Part shown: one piece after another, positions 62,645 through 64,000 of the stretch
Layout of the letters: each line of letters begins with the position of its first letter
How positions within the stretch are numbered: the first letter of the stretch is position 1
Source: Halocafeteria seosinensis
Taxonomy: Eukaryota
Length of the DNA stretch: 64,000 nt
Direction: 5' to 3'
Assembly (NCBI GenBank): GCA_001687465.1
Contig: LVLI01000233.1
Coordinates: 62,001-126,000 of the forward strand
The notes under the pieces: model-generated
The model's input: the letters and a program-made list of their open reading frames with translations, nothing else
Told to the model about the DNA's origin: nothing
The model's database searches: none
Translations under genes and position numbers: made by a program

Positions 62645-64000
62645 ATGATGGAATCGACACATGGAAATACGCACGGCGCAAGCCTTGCACCGCCAGGCCA
62701 CTTCTTGCAGAAGATTCATCACCTCGACTACTCAGAGGTGGTACTGAAGAATATTTATAAAATGCGAATGGGGTATTTGGCAGATCGTTTTGTTGTTGTA
62801 GTCAGGATGTTGTGCCCTAATTCCATCCGAAAGGCGAGTGTGGTCGCTGAGAAGAACTCAAAGGATGGCACGTATATACTGTCGGCAGCCCGGTGGTTTG
62901 CACGTTACACTGAAGGCATTCGTACCGGCGAGTATAATCCTCGTATTGAAGGAGTAGCTCAGGCTATGCGCCTTCTTCTAGCCAGCAGCGATGTGATGAT
63001 GGCTTTATCCATCTTGAGCGAAGAAGATCGGAAGGTGTGCATCGGCGAACACCTTGTAACTCACTTGCGGCGGCTGTGTAAAGACAACACTTTGGAGGAT
63101 AGTTCAATGGCGAGTTGTGACACAGTGGATGATGAGCTGAAAAAATGCTTGGAGATGCTCCCAGGATTTCGTAGCTCCTTTGCAACGGAACGTGAACTCT
63201 TAGCAGCTTATCCAGGATTCCAACTCCCGTTATCCGTCAGCCGCTATGTAATTAAGCAGTACTGTTTGCAAGTTTGCCACCTTCACTTGAGAACCTTGAT
63301 AAGTGAACTAATGGGTGGATATTTTATATGGCAAAACTCCCAAATTGGGTTCAATACGCTAAACAGAAGATCATCCGATAGCAGTGGCTCGACCAGTGTC
63401 TCTGAGGATTTCTTGGCTCCCTCGAAACTGAAGCGGCCTAGTGGAGGCACTGGTATGATGCCTCATTCTTCTTTCACCACTGAAGGGGGTTCCACCTGCA
63501 CGTCAAATCCTGGAGACCGAGAGTCCCGTTCGACGACGGAGGATGATTTCAGTGAGGGAGAATCTACCCTTAAGGCTCTTGATTATCAAAGAGAACGTTC
63601 GTGGACGAGTGACACCCTTGAGCTAGGAGACAAACCAGCTGTGTCCGACGACATGCTTTGCTTCCTTAATGACTACTACAGTAATATCGTTAAGGATTCA
63701 GAAACTTTGAACATTTCCTCCCTTATGCGACGCTTTGCCCTTTCCATGGGGAACCTGATTCCGAAGTCTATGGTAGAGAACGTTTCGGCATTGATACCGC
63801 ATTCTGATAGACGGTCCGTGTCAAACACAGGGAAGACAAACATTGCCTTTGCGTCGGGTACCGACCCGCACAACTTCGTCCAAAAGTTTAAAAAACTGGG
63901 TTGCTCATTCGGTTGGTTGTCGGAACGGGTGTTGACTGGAGGTAAAGTGGACTCGGCAAGGATAACGGCGGGTCTCCGGGCAGTATTGTCTTGTCCAGAT
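62645..64000 (+). CDS. Hypothetical protein, at least 452 codons, runs off the right edge
   Basis: Manual translation from ATG 62645 (MMESTHGN...) is open to position 64000. Absent from the ORF track because there is no stop in the window. Confidence 0.7.
   Translation, partial: MMESTHGNTHGASLAPPGHFLQKIHHLDYSEVVLKNIYKMRMGYLADRFVVVVRMLCPNSIRKASVVAEKNSKDGTYILSAARWFARYTEGIRTGEYNPRIEGVAQAMRLLLASSDVMMALSILSEEDRKVCIGEHLVTHLRRLCKDNTLEDSSMASCDTVDDELKKCLEMLPGFRSSFATERELLAAYPGFQLPLSVSRYVIKQYCLQVCHLHLRTLISELMGGYFIWQNSQIGFNTLNRRSSDSSGSTSVSEDFLAPSKLKRPSGGTGMMPHSSFTTEGGSTCTSNPGDRESRSTTEDDFSEGESTLKALDYQRERSWTSDTLELGDKPAVSDDMLCFLNDYYSNIVKDSETLNISSLMRRFALSMGNLIPKSMVENVSALIPHSDRRSVSNTGKTNIAFASGTDPHNFVQKFKKLGCSFGWLSERVLTGGKVDSARITAGLRAVLSCPD

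Noticed and set aside
1..64000. Prokaryotic defence systems, CRISPR arrays, tRNA/rRNA genes or an alternative genetic code
   Set aside because: The genes are spliced eukaryotic genes with standard stop codons. No repeat-spacer arrays or tRNA/rRNA signatures were noticed by eye.

Overview
Gene-dense eukaryotic (protist-like) nuclear DNA in the standard genetic code, with mostly short (about 55-75 nt) GT-AG introns. No rRNA, tRNA, CRISPR array or intact transposon was recognised. Recognisable genes: phospholipase D (cut by the left edge), mitochondrial uL22, TRAP1/HSP75, TTC14-like, a RhoGEF(DH)-PH-CKK fusion, R2R3-MYB, an ankyrin protein, coilin, a TPP1/Est3-like OB-fold protein, Alb1/C11orf98-like, IMP3, a TPR protein, an ABHD-type hydrolase, an SLC5 symporter, a galaxin-like secreted protein, SPT4, RNF5/185-like, RPS5 and Med10-like, plus several hypothetical genes. 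The most striking feature is a 13-kb cluster (24.0-37.0 kb) of four co-oriented, apparently intronless paralogues. Together they carry six copies of a ~145-aa domain I cannot assign to a named family, and they look like Ig-fold (CudA/Velvet/Rel-like) transcription factors. Other highlights are a structured H/ACA-like RNA candidate in a long TRAP1 intron and a rearranged segmental duplication around a TPR gene. All family calls are by-eye motif recognition, and exon boundaries are inferred without transcript data.
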